The notes under the pieces are model-generated. The model had not been told where the DNA came from. It made no database searches and saw nothing but the letters and a program-made list of their open reading frames with translations. From the NCBI GenBank assembly GCA_036654455.1, contig JAVVRZ010000003.1, forward strand, positions 108,357 through 172,356: a stretch of DNA of 64,000 bases, in the 5' to 3' direction. Every line of letters begins with the position of its first letter. The stretch's first letter is position 1. The stretch is from Clostridia bacterium (GTDB lineage Bacteria > Bacillota > Clostridia > Christensenellales > CAG-314). Below are positions 19,303 to 30,721 of the stretch, piece after piece. The translations under genes were made by a program, and so were the position numbers.

Positions 19303-21381
19303 TTAGCCTAGTAATTTCTTACGGACGGCTTCGGATACTTGGACAAAGGTGTCAAACTGCATTGTGTAGTTGCCCCTGCCTTGCGTTTTGCTACGCAAGT
19401 CTGTCGCATAACCGAACATTTCCGAAAGTGGTATTAAAGCATTGATTACTTGCATACCTAGACGCATTTCGATACCTGTAATACTGCCTCTACGGGCTGA
19501 AATATTACCCATAACATCGCCTAGATATTCGTCGGGCAAGGTTATTTCTACCTTCATAAGCGGTTCAAGTAGTATTGGGCGAGCGCTCTCCGCCGCCTGT
19601 CTAAATGCAAGCGAACCGCAAATCTTAAAGGCAAGTTCGCTACTGTCTACGGGGTGGAAAGTGCCGTCAAGTACGGTTGCTCTAAAATCTACTACTTCGT
19701 AGCCTGCAACAATACCCGCTCTTGCGGCTTCCTTAATACCTTGTTGGACAGCTGGAATATATTCTTTGGGAATATTTCCGCCTACTACTTGGTCGACAAA
19801 CTCAAAACCGCTACCTTTTTCAAGGGGTTCTATGGCTAGTTTAACACGGGCAAATTGTCCTCTACCGCCTGATTGATGCGAATATTTGTAATCTGCAACA
19901 GATTGAGCGGTAATTGTCTCTCTATAAGAAACTTGGGGTTTGCCTACGTTAGCCTCAACCTTAAACTCTCTTAAAAGTCTATCGACGATAATTTCAAGGT
20001 GAAGCTCACCCATACCGGCGATAATTATTTGGCTTGTTTCTTTATCTGTATAAGTCTTAAAAGTAGGGTCTTCTTCGGCAAGCTTGATTAGCGCATCGGT
20101 CATTCTTTCGCTACCTTGCTTAGTCTTTGGTTCAATCGCTACTTTTATTACGGGTTCGGGAAAAGTCATTGTTTCGAGTACTATTGGCTCTTTGTCATTA
20201 CAAATAGTGTCGCCTGTTACGGTATCTCTAAGTCCTACTACGGCTACAATCTCGCCCGTATGCGCCGAATCTACTTCTTTGCGTTGGTTTGAGTGCATTT
20301 GTAATATTTTCGAGATACGCTCACGCTTATTTTGCGAAGAATTGTAAACATAAGTGCCTATTTGAATACTGCCCGAATATAATCTAACAAAAGTTAGTCT
20401 GCCTACAAAGGGGTCGGCTAAAATTTTAAACGCTATTGCGCAAAGTGGCTCGTCGTCGTCGGGTTGACGGACTACGACTTTGTCGCTCTTGGGGGAATAG
20501 CCTTTTACTGCGCCTACGTCGCTAGGACTAGGCAAATAATCGCAAATTGCGTCTAATAAAAGTTGCACGCCCTTATTCTTATACGCCGAACCGCATAGAA
20601 CGGGGGTAAGCGCATTAGCTAGCGTTGCGCTACGAATGCCTTGCTTAATCTCGTCTACTGTTAGGCTCTCGCCGTTTAAGAACTTCTCGGTCAAGACGTC
20701 ATCTCTGCCTGCGACAAGTTCTTCTATTTGCGCGCGGTAATGTTTAGCTTGAACGACCAAATCTTTGGGTATATCGGTCACTTCTATATCGCTACCTAAC
20801 GCATCTTTGTAATAGTACGCTTGCTGTGTAATACAGTCTACAATACCTACAAAGCTATCAGCTTTGCCGATAGGCATTTGAATTGGCATAGCGTTAGTTT
20901 TAAGTCTAACACGCATCATATCTACAACGTTTTCAAAGTTAGCGCCGTTTATGTCCATTTTGTTGACAAAGGCGATACGAGGAACGTTATATTTACTGGC
21001 TTGATGCCAAACTGTTTCGCTTTGCGGTTCTACCCCACCTTTTGCGCAAAAAACTGCGACTGCGCCATCAAGTATCCTCAAAGAACGCTCAACTTCTACT
21101 GTAAAGTCGACGTGTCCGGGTGTATCGATAATATTAATGCGGTAATCCTTGCCGTTACAGCGACTTGTCCATTGTACCGTCGTGGCGGCGGACATAATAG
21201 TAATACCCCTTTCTTGCTCTTGGGCCATAGAGTCCATAACGGCTGTGCCATCGTGAACTTCGCCCATTTTGCGAGTTTTGCCTGTAAAAAAGAGTATTCT
21301 CTCGCTTGTGGTGGTTTTGCCGGCATCAATATGCGCCATAATGCCGATATTTCTTGTGTTTTCTAGTGGATATTGTCTCAT
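19303..21381 (-). CDS. fusA: Elongation factor G
   Basis: [27 protein letters not shown]. 692 aa. Confidence 0.98.
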   Translation of the reverse strand: MRQYPLENTRNIGIMAHIDAGKTTTSERILFFTGKTRKMGEVHDGTAVMDSMAQEQERGITIMSAATTVQWTSRCNGKDYRINIIDTPGHVDFTVEVERSLRILDGAVAVFCAKGGVEPQSETVWHQASKYNVPRIAFVNKMDINGANFENVVDMMRVRLKTNAMPIQMPIGKADSFVGIVDCITQQAYYYKDALGSDIEVTDIPKDLVVQAKHYRAQIEELVAGRDDVLTEKFLNGESLTVDEIKQGIRSATLANALTPVLCGSAYKNKGVQLLLDAICDYLPSPSDVGAVKGYSPKSDKVVVRQPDDDEPLCAIAFKILADPFVGRLTFVRLYSGSIQIGTYVYNSSQNKRERISKILQMHSNQRKEVDSAHTGEIVAVVGLRDTVTGDTICNDKEPIVLETMTFPEPVIKVAIEPKTKQGSERMTDALIKLAEEDPTFKTYTDKETSQIIIAGMGELHLEIIVDRLLREFKVEANVGKPQVSYRETITAQSVADYKYSHQSGGRGQFARVKLAIEPLEKGSGFEFVDQVVGGNIPKEYIPAVQQGIKEAARAGIVAGYEVVDFRATVLDGTFHPVDSSELAFKICGSLAFRQAAESARPILLEPLMKVEITLPDEYLGDVMGNISARRGSITGIEMRLGMQVINALIPLSEMFGYATDLRSKTQGRGNYTMQFDTFVQVSEAVRKKLLG

Positions 21382-21393
21382 AAATTTATTATT

Positions 21394-21864
21394 TTACCAA
21401 CGATAATGCGCAAACGCTTTGTTAGCCTCTGCCATACGATGCATATCTTCCTTCTTCTTGAAAGCGTTACCTGCATTGTTGACAGCGTCCATAAGCTCTC
21501 CTGCAAGTCTTTGGTACATATCTTTTTCACTACGTTTTCTTGCAAATGCAACAAGCCACCTTATAGCTAAGGTTTGCCTTCTCTCGGTACGAATCTCCAT
21601 AGGAACTTGGTAGTTGCTACCGCCTACTCTGCGAGCCTTTACTTCTAACGAGGGCATAATGTTATTAATTGCTTTATTGAAAACTTCGATTGGTTCTTCG
21701 TTCATCTTCTCTTTGATTATATCAAATGCTTGATAAACTATTTGTTGCGCTGTGCCTTTCTTACCGTCGTGCATAATTTGGTTGATTACTTTTGTAACTA
21801 CCATACTATTATAGACTGGGTCGGGAAGGACATCTCTCTTTGGAACGCCACTTCTTCTTGACAT
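21394..21864 (-). CDS. rpsG: 30S ribosomal protein S7
   Basis: [20 protein letters not shown]..., 156 aa. Confidence 0.97.
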   Translation of the reverse strand: MSRRSGVPKRDVLPDPVYNSMVVTKVINQIMHDGKKGTAQQIVYQAFDIIKEKMNEEPIEVFNKAINNIMPSLEVKARRVGGSNYQVPMEIRTERRQTLAIRWLVAFARKRSEKDMYQRLAGELMDAVNNAGNAFKKKEDMHRMAEANKAFAHYRW

Positions 21865-22052
21865 CTAGGTTTTACCTCCTTGTTTAATATGTTTTTTGCC
21901 TGAAATGTTTTGTTTTAGATACAGCCAACTCGACGAAATAAATTTCGGAGAAACTTCTGCATAGTTTACTATACATACTGCTTACCTAGTGTGGCAAAAC
22001 TACATAAATGGTCTTCACCAATCACCAAAGCTGTAACTAAATTAAGTTGTTG

Positions 22053-22436
22053 TTACTTCTTGCTTGCCTTTGGTCTCTTTGCGCCATATTTCGAGCGACC
22101 TTGTTTGCGAGTTGCTACGCCGGAAGCGTCTAGCACGCCACGAATTATGTGATAACGAACACCGGGCAAGTCTCTTACTCTACCGCCACGAAAAAGAACT
22201 ACGCTATGCTCTTGCAAGTTGTGTCCTTCGCCGGGGATATAGCAAGTGCCTTCTTCGCCGTTTGTACGACGTACTCTTGCAATTTTTCTCATCGCCGAGT
22301 TAGGCTTTTTAGGAGAAGTTGTTGTTACTGACAGGCATACGCCACGTCTTTGCGGACCGTTACCGAGTAAGGGAGCCTTGCTCTTAACTGTCGCATCTCT
22401 TCTACCTTGCTTAATTAGTTGGTTAATGGTTGCCAT
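22053..22436 (-). CDS. rpsL: 30S ribosomal protein S12
   Basis: [12 protein letters not shown]...[10 protein letters not shown]...; 127 aa. Confidence 0.97.
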   Translation of the reverse strand: MATINQLIKQGRRDATVKSKAPLLGNGPQRRGVCLSVTTTSPKKPNSAMRKIARVRRTNGEEGTCYIPGEGHNLQEHSVVLFRGGRVRDLPGVRYHIIRGVLDASGVATRKQGRSKYGAKRPKASKK

Positions 22437-22529
22437 TTCTTACCTCCTTTGAATAGTAATTGAGTGAATTATCCCTTTTAACAATTAGGATTTATATTTA
22501 GTTGGCGTATTGTTAACACGCCAACGTAA

Positions 22530-22558
22530 ATAATATAATTTTTAAGAACATTTGTCAA
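22530..22558 (-). promoter_or_regulatory. Promoter in the rpoC-rpsL spacer (str operon)
   Basis: Minus strand: TTGACA, 17-nt spacer, TATTAT. It is followed by the 5'UTR hairpin GTTGGCGT-N8-ACGCCAAC. Confidence 0.45.
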
Positions 22559-22597
22559 TCATTTGTAGTCTTAATAATGCGATTTAATGCTTAGAGA

Positions 22598-25500
22598 TTA
22601 TTCTTCTTCGACCGTTGAGTCGTCCTCGTTTGCATCAAATACTTCTTTAATATTATAACTACGATAGTCTTTAAGTCCTGTGCCTGCGGTTAAAAGTTTA
22701 CCTATAATTACGTTCTCTTTTAGACCGATTAGAGGGTCAACCTTATTCTTAATTGCCGCTTCGGTTAAAACTCTGCTTGTTTCTTGGAAGGACGCCGCCG
22801 AAAGGAAACTTTCGGTCGCTAGACTTGCCTTAGTTATGCCTAGTAACGACCTCTTTGCCGTTGCGGGCTTTCCGCCGTCTTCTAAGGCAGTTTGATTTTC
22901 TTCGTCAAAGCGGAAAATATCGACCATTTCGCCCGGAAGCAATCTTGTATCGCCTGCGTCTTCAACTTTAACACGACGTAACATCTGTCTTACAATTACT
23001 TCTACGTGCTTATCATTGATTGAAACGCCTTGTTGACGGTAAACGCCTTGAACTTCTTTGAGTAAATACTCTTGAACGGCTCTAAGCCCCTTAGTTCTAA
23101 GTAAATCGTGAGGATAAATTGGTCCGTCGGTTAGAGGAGTACCGCTCTCTATCTTTGCGCCGTCTTTAACTTTAATTCTTGCCGAATAAGGAATATCGTA
23201 AACTTTAATATCCTTAGGTTCAACTTTACCGCTTTCGTAAGCCGATACGTCGGTTGCGGTGATTATGCGTTTATTATCTTTTTCACTTACTTTTACTACG
23301 CTACTGCTTTCGCAAAGAATAGCTACGCCCTTAGGTTTTCTTGCCTCAAATAGTTCTTCTACACGAGGTAGACCTTGTGTGATATCGTCTGAGGTTGCTA
23401 CGCCACCGGTGTGGAAAGTACGCATTGTAAGCTGAGTGCCGGGTTCGCCGATTGATTGAGCGGCTATTACGCCAACGGCTTCTCCAAGTTGAACAGTGGT
23501 GTTTCCAGCCATATTTCTACCATAACATTTAGCGCAAATACCTTGTTTGCTACGACAAGTAAGAACTGTACGGCAATAAACCTTCTCTATACCGGCTTTT
23601 ACTACGGCTTCGGATTGTTCGTCGGTTATTAAGCTGTCGGCCTTGACAATAATTTCGCCTGTTGTAGGATTAATTACGTCTTCGATTGAGTAACGACCTA
23701 CTATTCTTTCTTGTAGACCTTCAATCTTGTTGCCATCGTCTGCGATTAAAGCTGTAATCCATATACCTTGCGGTTTGCTATACGCTCCGCAACAATCTTC
23801 TTCTCTTATAATTACGTCGTGAGAAACGTCGACAAGCCTTCTTGTTAAATATCCGCTGTCGGCAGTCTTAATTGCCGTATCGGCTAGACCTTTTCTACCG
23901 CCGTGAGAAGAAATAAAGTATTCTAGTACGGTTAGACCTTCTCTAAAACAAGCTTTAACGGGCAACTCGATTGTTTTGCCCGAAGGGTCGCTCATTAGAC
24001 CACGCATACCTGAAAGCTGACGAATTTGGTCCATCTTGCCTCTTGCGCCAGAGTCCGCCATCATCCAAATTGGGTTGAACTTGGTTAGAGTCTTCTTCAA
24101 TGCGTCGGTTACGTCCTTAGTCGCTTGTCTCCACGTTGAAACAACGTTTTCATAACGCTCTTGGTCGGTTACAAGACCTTCTTCGTACCTATGCTCTATT
24201 TGCAATACTTTTTCTGACGCCGCTTTTAAAATTGTGGGTTTCTCAGTTGGGATATGCATATCAAATACGCTTGCAGTAATACCCGCTATGGTCGAATATT
24301 TAAAACCTAACGACTTAACGTTATCAAGCATTTCGGCGGTAATTGACGTGCCGTGCTTCTTATAACATTTCTCAACTATTTCAGATAATTTAGTTTTGCC
24401 TACTAAGGTGTTAAGTTCTAGGTCAAGTTGTTGGTCGGGAGTCTTGCGTTCGCAAAAACCTAAGTCTTGTGGAATTGCCTTGTTAAATATCAATCTACCA
24501 CAAGTAGTTTTAAGCCGTTTGCTATATTTAACGCCGTCGATTTCCTTGCTAACACGAACGTTAATAATTGTTTGTAAACCTATATCGCCTGCGTTATAGG
24601 CGAGAATTGCTTCGTCTATGCCCGTAAATGTCTTACCCTCGCCCTTTGCGCCTTCTTTATCGATTGTTAGATAGTAACAACCCATAACCATATCTTGCGT
24701 AGGCGATACAACGGGTTTGCCGTCCGAAAGTTTGAGAATATTGTTTGAAGCAAGCATTAAATACCTAGCCTCAGTTTGCGCCTCGATTGATAGCGGAACG
24801 TGAACGGGCATTTGGTCGCCGTCAAAGTCTGCGTTAAACGCAGTACAAGCGAGAGGGTGTAATTTAATAGCTCTACCTTCGATTAAAACGGGTTCAAAAG
24901 CTTGAATTGACAATCTATGAAGGGTGGGCGCACGGTTTAGAAGTACTGGGTGGTCCTTAATTACTTCTTCTAGACAGTCCCAAACCTTGCTGTCGGCTCT
25001 TTCTACCCTACGTTTTGCGCTCTTAATATTTTGACATTGGTTAGTGTCGCAAAGCATACGCATTACAAAAGGTTTGAAAAGTTCAAGAGCCATTTCTTTG
25101 GGTAGTCCGCATTGGTGAAGTTTAAGTTCCGGCCCTACTACGATAACCGAACGACCCGAATAGTCAACACGTTTACCGAGTAGATTTTGACGGAAACGAC
25201 CTTGCTTACCACGCAACATTCCCGAAAGAGATTTATATTCTCGGTTGCCTGCGCCTGTTTGGGGACGTTTAGCTCGTGAGTTGTCAATTAAACTGTCTAC
25301 GGCTTCCTGTAACATTCTTTTTTCGTTGCAAATAAGAATGTTGGGAGCGCCCATTTCTAATAATTTTTTAAGTCTATTGTTACGTGTGATAACTCTACGA
25401 TACAAGTCGTTTAGGTCGCTTGTAGCGTATCTACCACCGTCAAGCGGTACCATTGGACGTAGTTCGGGAGGCAGTACGGGTAGAACGGTAAGAATCATCC

Positions 25501-26176
25501 ACTCGGGTTTATTTCCGCTCTTTCTAAACGCTTCGACAATTTCAATACGTTTAATAGCTCTCGCTCTCTTTTGTCCGGTAGCCGAAGTAAGAATTTGTTT
25601 AAGTTCGGCAGATTCCTTTTCAAGATTAATTTCTTGAAGAAGTTCTTTGATACTTTCTGCGCCCATACCAGCTCTAAACGAGCCTATGCCATAGGCGTCG
25701 ACAGCTTCTTTATATTCGGTAGCATTTAAAACTTGCTTCTTAGTTAAAGGCGTACTCTTAGGGTCTAGCACAACATAATTTGCAAAGTTTAATATTTGTT
25801 CAAGATATTTAGGCGACATATCAAGCAATAAGCCCATACGACTTGGAACGCCTCTAAAATACCAAATGTGAGAAACGGGAGCGGCAAGTTCGATATGCCC
25901 CATTCTCTCTCTTCTTACCTTAGCTTGCGTGACCTTAACACCGCATTTGTCGCAAATTACGCCTTTATAACGAATACGTTTGTATTTGCCACAATGACAC
26001 TCCCAGTCCTTAGTCGGTCCAAATATTTTTTCGCAGAATAGACCGTCTTTTTCGGGTTTTTGAGTGCGGTAATTGATAGTTTCGGGCTTAGTTACTTCGC
26101 CATAGCTCCATTCTCTAATCTTCTCGGGAGAGGCTATGCCTATTTGTATCGAATCATAATTATTTAATTCTCTCAT
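22598..26176 (-). CDS. rpoC: DNA-directed RNA polymerase subunit beta'
   Basis: 1192 aa. Zinc finger [21 protein letters not shown] and catalytic NADFDGD. Confidence 0.98.
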   Translation of the reverse strand: MRELNNYDSIQIGIASPEKIREWSYGEVTKPETINYRTQKPEKDGLFCEKIFGPTKDWECHCGKYKRIRYKGVICDKCGVKVTQAKVRRERMGHIELAAPVSHIWYFRGVPSRMGLLLDMSPKYLEQILNFANYVVLDPKSTPLTKKQVLNATEYKEAVDAYGIGSFRAGMGAESIKELLQEINLEKESAELKQILTSATGQKRARAIKRIEIVEAFRKSGNKPEWMILTVLPVLPPELRPMVPLDGGRYATSDLNDLYRRVITRNNRLKKLLEMGAPNILICNEKRMLQEAVDSLIDNSRAKRPQTGAGNREYKSLSGMLRGKQGRFRQNLLGKRVDYSGRSVIVVGPELKLHQCGLPKEMALELFKPFVMRMLCDTNQCQNIKSAKRRVERADSKVWDCLEEVIKDHPVLLNRAPTLHRLSIQAFEPVLIEGRAIKLHPLACTAFNADFDGDQMPVHVPLSIEAQTEARYLMLASNNILKLSDGKPVVSPTQDMVMGCYYLTIDKEGAKGEGKTFTGIDEAILAYNAGDIGLQTIINVRVSKEIDGVKYSKRLKTTCGRLIFNKAIPQDLGFCERKTPDQQLDLELNTLVGKTKLSEIVEKCYKKHGTSITAEMLDNVKSLGFKYSTIAGITASVFDMHIPTEKPTILKAASEKVLQIEHRYEEGLVTDQERYENVVSTWRQATKDVTDALKKTLTKFNPIWMMADSGARGKMDQIRQLSGMRGLMSDPSGKTIELPVKACFREGLTVLEYFISSHGGRKGLADTAIKTADSGYLTRRLVDVSHDVIIREEDCCGAYSKPQGIWITALIADDGNKIEGLQERIVGRYSIEDVINPTTGEIIVKADSLITDEQSEAVVKAGIEKVYCRTVLTCRSKQGICAKCYGRNMAGNTTVQLGEAVGVIAAQSIGEPGTQLTMRTFHTGGVATSDDITQGLPRVEELFEARKPKGVAILCESSSVVKVSEKDNKRIITATDVSAYESGKVEPKDIKVYDIPYSARIKVKDGAKIESGTPLTDGPIYPHDLLRTKGLRAVQEYLLKEVQGVYRQQGVSINDKHVEVIVRQMLRRVKVEDAGDTRLLPGEMVDIFRFDEENQTALEDGGKPATAKRSLLGITKASLATESFLSAASFQETSRVLTEAAIKNKVDPLIGLKENVIIGKLLTAGTGLKDYRSYNIKEVFDANEDDSTVEEE

Positions 26177-26187
26177 CTCTTAACCTC

Positions 26188-29100
26188 CTACTCCTCGTCC
26201 TTGTCATCGTCATCGTCGTTGCCTAGCAACTCGGATAAATTTGACAAATCATCGTCATCGTCGTCCCCAAACAAATTAATAGGTTTAGTTTGGTTAGAAG
26301 CGTTGTCTTTTTCGGGTACTTCGTCGTCAAAGAGATTAGCAAAGTCATAAGCGTCCACGTCTCCGCTTTGAGTGTAATCGGTTTCGCCTTCAAGCCTAAT
26401 AGACTGGTCTTCGTTAAAGGCTCTAACCTTATCTTTGCGTTCTTCTTCTTCTTTAAGGTTGACTTCGAGTAAATCCATCTCGTCGTCGCTACTATCTTTA
26501 ATAGATATTTCTTCTTTGTCTTCGCTCATTACCTTTACGTCAAGCGCCAAAGATTGCAGTTCTTTTACAAGAACTTTAAAGGACTCTGGAATACCTGGGT
26601 CTACTACGTTTTCGCCCTTGACGATAGACTCGTAAGTCTTTACACGGCCGATTACGTCGTCGCTCTTGACTGTTAAAATTTCTTGTAGTATATTTGCTGC
26701 GCCGTAAGCTTCAAGCGCCCAAACTTCCATTTCGCCAAATCTTTGTCCGCCGAATTGAGCTTTACCGCCTAAGGGTTGCTGTGTTACAAGGCTATAAGGT
26801 CCTATCGAACGAGCGTGAATCTTATCGTCAACTAAGTGGATAAGTTTTAACATATACATATAGCCAACTGTGATACGATTTTCAAAAGGCAAACCGGTGC
26901 GTCCGTCATACAAGGTAACCTTGCCGTCGACTTTGCCTGTTTCTTCGTTGACTAGATTGTTTTGGAGGAATAATTGTCTTATATCGCCTTCGGTTGCGCC
27001 GTCAAATACCGGCGTACAAACGTCCCAACCCAACATCTTTGCCACTAAGCCTAAGTGAACTTCTAGCACTTGACCGATATTCATACGAGAAGGAACGCCT
27101 AAGGGGTTAAGAACTATTTGTAAAGGTGTGCCGTCTTCCATAAAGGGCATATCTTCTTCGGGTAAAATTCTACTTATGCAACCTTTGTTGCCGTGTCTGC
27201 CTGCCATTTTATCGCCTACGCCGATTTTTCTCTTTTGAGCGATGTAGACTCTTACGGCCTTCTTAACGCCGGGATTGAGTTCGTCTTTGTTTTCACGAGT
27301 AAAGACTTTAACGTCAACTACGATACCGCCTTCGCCGTTAGGAACTCTTAAAGAAGTATCTCTAACTTCACGAGCTTTTTCTGAGAAAATAGCTCTTAAT
27401 AATCTTTCTTCGGGGGTTAAGTCTGTCTCGCCCTTAGGGGTAACTTTACCAACAAGATAGTCAAGCGGGTGAACTTCTGCGCCGATACGCACAATACCAT
27501 TCTCGTCTAAGTCTTTAAGCGCTCCGTCGCTTACGTTAGGAATGTCACGTGTAAATTCTTCTGCGCCAAGTTTGCTCTCTCTTGCTTCAATCTCATATTC
27601 TTCGATATGGATAGAAGTGAAGACGTCTTCTTTTACTAATTTTTCGCTAATTAAAATAGCGTCCTCATAGTTATAACCTTCCCAGGACATAAAGCCTATT
27701 AAGATATTGCGTCCTAGCGACAATTCTCCGCCGTCGGTTGAAGGTCCGTCAGCAAGAATATCGCCTTTTTTGACCTTAGTACCGTTGGTTACTATTGGGC
27801 GTTGATTTATACAAGTGCCTTGATTAGAACGCACAAACTTTTGTAAAGGGTATACGTGTTGTTCGCCATTGTTGTCGGTTAAAGTAATAGCGTCGCCAAC
27901 AACTCTTGTGACTATACCGTCTTGCTTAGCGATTATCATTACTCCGCTGTCGTAAGCTATACGGTCCTCTATGCCGGTAGCTACTATTGGGTGTTCGGGC
28001 AAAAGTAGCGGTACGGCTTGACGTTGCATGTTAGAACCCATTAAAGCTCTGTTTGTATCGTCGTTTTCAAGGAAGGGAATTAAACTTGTCGCAACCGAAA
28101 CTAATTGTTTGGGCGAAACGTCCATATAGTCGACAATTTCTGCTGGGAATTCTGCTATTGTTTGCTGTTTATCTTTGGGGTCTTTGTAACGGCAAGTAAC
28201 TCTTTCGTTGACAAACCAACTGTTGTCGTTAAGTTCTTCGTTAGCTTGGGCTACATAGTTGCCGTCTTCTTCGTCGGCTGGTAAGTAATCTATTACGTCG
28301 GTTACTATATGTTTGACTTTGTCGACTCTGCGATATGGCGATTCGATAAAGCCGTATTTGTTAATTCTTGCATAAGTCGCAAGCGAAGTGATTAGACCGA
28401 TGTTTTGACCTTCGGGCGTTTCGATAGGACACATTCTGCCATAGTGCGAATAGTGAACGTCACGGACTTCAAAAGTCGCTCTTTCACGGTTAAGACCTCC
28501 CGGACCTAGCGCAGATAACTTTCTCTTATGAGTAAGCTCGGCGATTGGGTTAGATTGGTCCATAAATTGCGAAAGTTGGGAACTGCCAAAGAATTCTTTG
28601 ATTACCGAAGAAACAGGGCGAACGTTAATTAAGCTTTGCGGAGTCGCCTTATCTTTTTCTTGCGCTGACATTCTCTCTCTAATTAAACGCTCTAACCTTG
28701 CTACGCCGACACGAAGTTGATTCTGTACTAATTCGCCTACCGAGCGAACACGACGATTGCCTAAGTGGTCGATGTTGTCGGTTGCGCCTAGACCGTATTT
28801 AAGGTTAAGGTTGTAAGAAATTGTAGCGATTATATCTTCTTTGGTGATGTGCTTAGGAATAAGTAAATCTTTGCCCTCTTGAATTGCTTTAAGCAACGCT
28901 TGTCCGCTTAAACCTTGCGATAACATTTCTTGAAGAACGGTTAAGTTTGCATATTCGTTTATGCCTAGGGCTTCAAAATCAACGTCCTCGTATTGCTTGT
29001 CTAAGTGTGATAAGAAATAATGAATGTCCACGACGTTGTTGCCTATTACTTTTACCTTTTGACCTAGCAAAGACAAATAAACTACGTTTATACCGCTATG

Positions 29101-30060
29101 CTGTAAGTCGTAGGCTTCTGTTTCGGTAAGCTCTTTTCCGGCAGGATAGGTAAAACCTAACGGCGTTACTACGTCCTGAGCTAACGTAAAGCCTTTAATA
29201 CGTCTTGCGATAGACAACTTCTTATTATATTTGTATCTACCAACACGAGCCATATCATAACGCTTAGCGTTAAATAATAGGTCGTTTAATTGCTTGCGAG
29301 TAGACTCGTCGGCAGGAACTTCGCCCGGACGGAGTCTTTTGTATAATTCGATTAAACCGTCACGTTCGGACTTGGTCGTATCTTTAATACAAGTGTTGAC
29401 TATTGTTTTGTCGTTGTTGAAAAGCTCATAAATCTCTTGGTCGGTGCCGTAACCTATGGCTCTAAGTAAAACGGTTGCGGGAAGTTTGCGGTTGCGGTCT
29501 ACGTGAACGTTAAGTATATCGGTAGAGCCGTCTTGTACAAATTCGAGCCAAGCGCCACGATTGGGAATAACCGTAGTGTCGTATTGCAAACTGCCGTTCT
29601 TGTCACGGCTACTGTCTGCGTAAACGCCGGGAGAACGTACAAGCTGAGAAACTACAACTCTTTCTGCGCCGTTGATAATAAAGCTACCAGTGTCGGTCAT
29701 TAAGGGAAAATCGCCCATAAAGACTTCTTGCTCGGTAACTTCGCCGGTATCCACTCTAACAAGCCTTACTTTTACCCTTAAAGGAGCGGCGAACGTGGCG
29801 TCTCTTTCACGACACTCTCTCTCGCTATACTTAGACTTACGCTCTAAGGAATAGTCGACAAAGTGTAGCTCAAAGTTGCCACCAATGTCTAAAATAGGAG
29901 AAAAGTCTTCAAAAACTTCTTTAATGCCGGTATCTAGGAAAGCATTGTAGGAGGTCTTTTGGACTTCAATCAAATTTGGGACATCAAGAATTTCTTTAAT
30001 TTTAGAGAAAGTGTATCTTTCTCTCGTACCGTATTTTTGCTTACGGATTGTTCTTGTCAT
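26188..30060 (-). CDS. rpoB: DNA-directed RNA polymerase subunit beta, with a long acidic C-terminal extension
   Basis: 1290 aa from ATG 30060 (RBS GGGGTGAAGG). Conserved beta motifs are present ([12 protein letters not shown], rifampicin-cluster region [16 protein letters not shown]). The last ~115 aa are an Asp/Glu-rich tail. Confidence 0.97.
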   Translation of the reverse strand: MTRTIRKQKYGTRERYTFSKIKEILDVPNLIEVQKTSYNAFLDTGIKEVFEDFSPILDIGGNFELHFVDYSLERKSKYSERECRERDATFAAPLRVKVRLVRVDTGEVTEQEVFMGDFPLMTDTGSFIINGAERVVVSQLVRSPGVYADSSRDKNGSLQYDTTVIPNRGAWLEFVQDGSTDILNVHVDRNRKLPATVLLRAIGYGTDQEIYELFNNDKTIVNTCIKDTTKSERDGLIELYKRLRPGEVPADESTRKQLNDLLFNAKRYDMARVGRYKYNKKLSIARRIKGFTLAQDVVTPLGFTYPAGKELTETEAYDLQHSGINVVYLSLLGQKVKVIGNNVVDIHYFLSHLDKQYEDVDFEALGINEYANLTVLQEMLSQGLSGQALLKAIQEGKDLLIPKHITKEDIIATISYNLNLKYGLGATDNIDHLGNRRVRSVGELVQNQLRVGVARLERLIRERMSAQEKDKATPQSLINVRPVSSVIKEFFGSSQLSQFMDQSNPIAELTHKRKLSALGPGGLNRERATFEVRDVHYSHYGRMCPIETPEGQNIGLITSLATYARINKYGFIESPYRRVDKVKHIVTDVIDYLPADEEDGNYVAQANEELNDNSWFVNERVTCRYKDPKDKQQTIAEFPAEIVDYMDVSPKQLVSVATSLIPFLENDDTNRALMGSNMQRQAVPLLLPEHPIVATGIEDRIAYDSGVMIIAKQDGIVTRVVGDAITLTDNNGEQHVYPLQKFVRSNQGTCINQRPIVTNGTKVKKGDILADGPSTDGGELSLGRNILIGFMSWEGYNYEDAILISEKLVKEDVFTSIHIEEYEIEARESKLGAEEFTRDIPNVSDGALKDLDENGIVRIGAEVHPLDYLVGKVTPKGETDLTPEERLLRAIFSEKAREVRDTSLRVPNGEGGIVVDVKVFTRENKDELNPGVKKAVRVYIAQKRKIGVGDKMAGRHGNKGCISRILPEEDMPFMEDGTPLQIVLNPLGVPSRMNIGQVLEVHLGLVAKMLGWDVCTPVFDGATEGDIRQLFLQNNLVNEETGKVDGKVTLYDGRTGLPFENRITVGYMYMLKLIHLVDDKIHARSIGPYSLVTQQPLGGKAQFGGQRFGEMEVWALEAYGAANILQEILTVKSDDVIGRVKTYESIVKGENVVDPGIPESFKVLVKELQSLALDVKVMSEDKEEISIKDSSDDEMDLLEVNLKEEEERKDKVRAFNEDQSIRLEGETDYTQSGDVDAYDFANLFDDEVPEKDNASNQTKPINLFGDDDDDDLSNLSELLGNDDDDDKDEE

Positions 30061-30439
30061 GCCTTCACCCCACAAATAAATATTTTATAAATTGTTTAAA
30101 AAAGTATTGCAAAACATAATTTTATGTAGTATATTGAGAAAGCTAACAGTTCAATTATGTTTTATTTTGTTTTTGGCAGTCAAAATTATTTTTTTCCGCC
30201 CCTATTTTTAGTTCGGGGCTAATTTTAAGTGCGAAATAACGCATTTAATACTTTAACATTTATCTCGTCAATAGTCAAGTTAAATTTATTAAGCTAAATC
30301 AAAAGATAAATTTAGAATATTTTTTCATTATTCTTTTTGCATATCATTTTGTTAAATATAGCGCATATTTTATAGTTCTACCTAAAATATCTTAAAAAAA
30401 GCATTAAAAATGTCGACCAAAAGTCAATGAAAATAGCTA

Positions 30440-30468
30440 TTGCCTTTTAAAAAAATATATGATAGAAT
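30440..30468 (+). promoter_or_regulatory. Promoter placing the TSS at or next to the rqcP start codon
   Basis: TTGCCT (30440-30445), 17-nt spacer, TGaTAGAAT (30460-30468). The ATG follows 7 nt later with no SD in between. Confidence 0.45.
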
Positions 30469-30475
30469 ACCATAT

Positions 30476-30721
30476 ATGAGATTAGATAAATTTTTAAAAG
30501 TAAGCCGTATACTTAAAAGACGAAGCGTAGCTAACCAAGCTTGCGACGGCGGAAGAGTCGAAGTAAACGACAAAAGAGCTAAGCCCTCGATACAACTTAA
30601 AGAGGGCGACATTGTAATTGTTCACTTTGCCAAAGGACAACTTAAATTTGTAATCAAAATGCTTAAAGAAAGCGTTAGAAAAGAAGAGGTCGACCAAATG
30701 TATGAGGTAATTAGTGAGTAA
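30476..30721 (+). CDS. rqcP: S4-domain RNA-binding protein RqcP/YabO (ribosome quality control)
   Basis: MRLDKFLKVSRILKRRSVANQACDGGRVEVNDKRAKPS... is near colinear with B. subtilis YabO (MRLDKFLKVSRLIKRR...). 81 aa. Confidence 0.85.
   Translation: MRLDKFLKVSRILKRRSVANQACDGGRVEVNDKRAKPSIQLKEGDIVIVHFAKGQLKFVIKMLKESVRKEEVDQMYEVISE

Noticed and set aside
18328-29854. Many 60-181-aa plus-strand ORFs inside tuf, fusA (e.g. 20821-21366), rpsG, rpsL, rpoC (25245-25637) and rpoB
   Set aside because: They lie antisense within extremely conserved genes. They have no start context, and their compositions mirror the opposite-strand codon bias.
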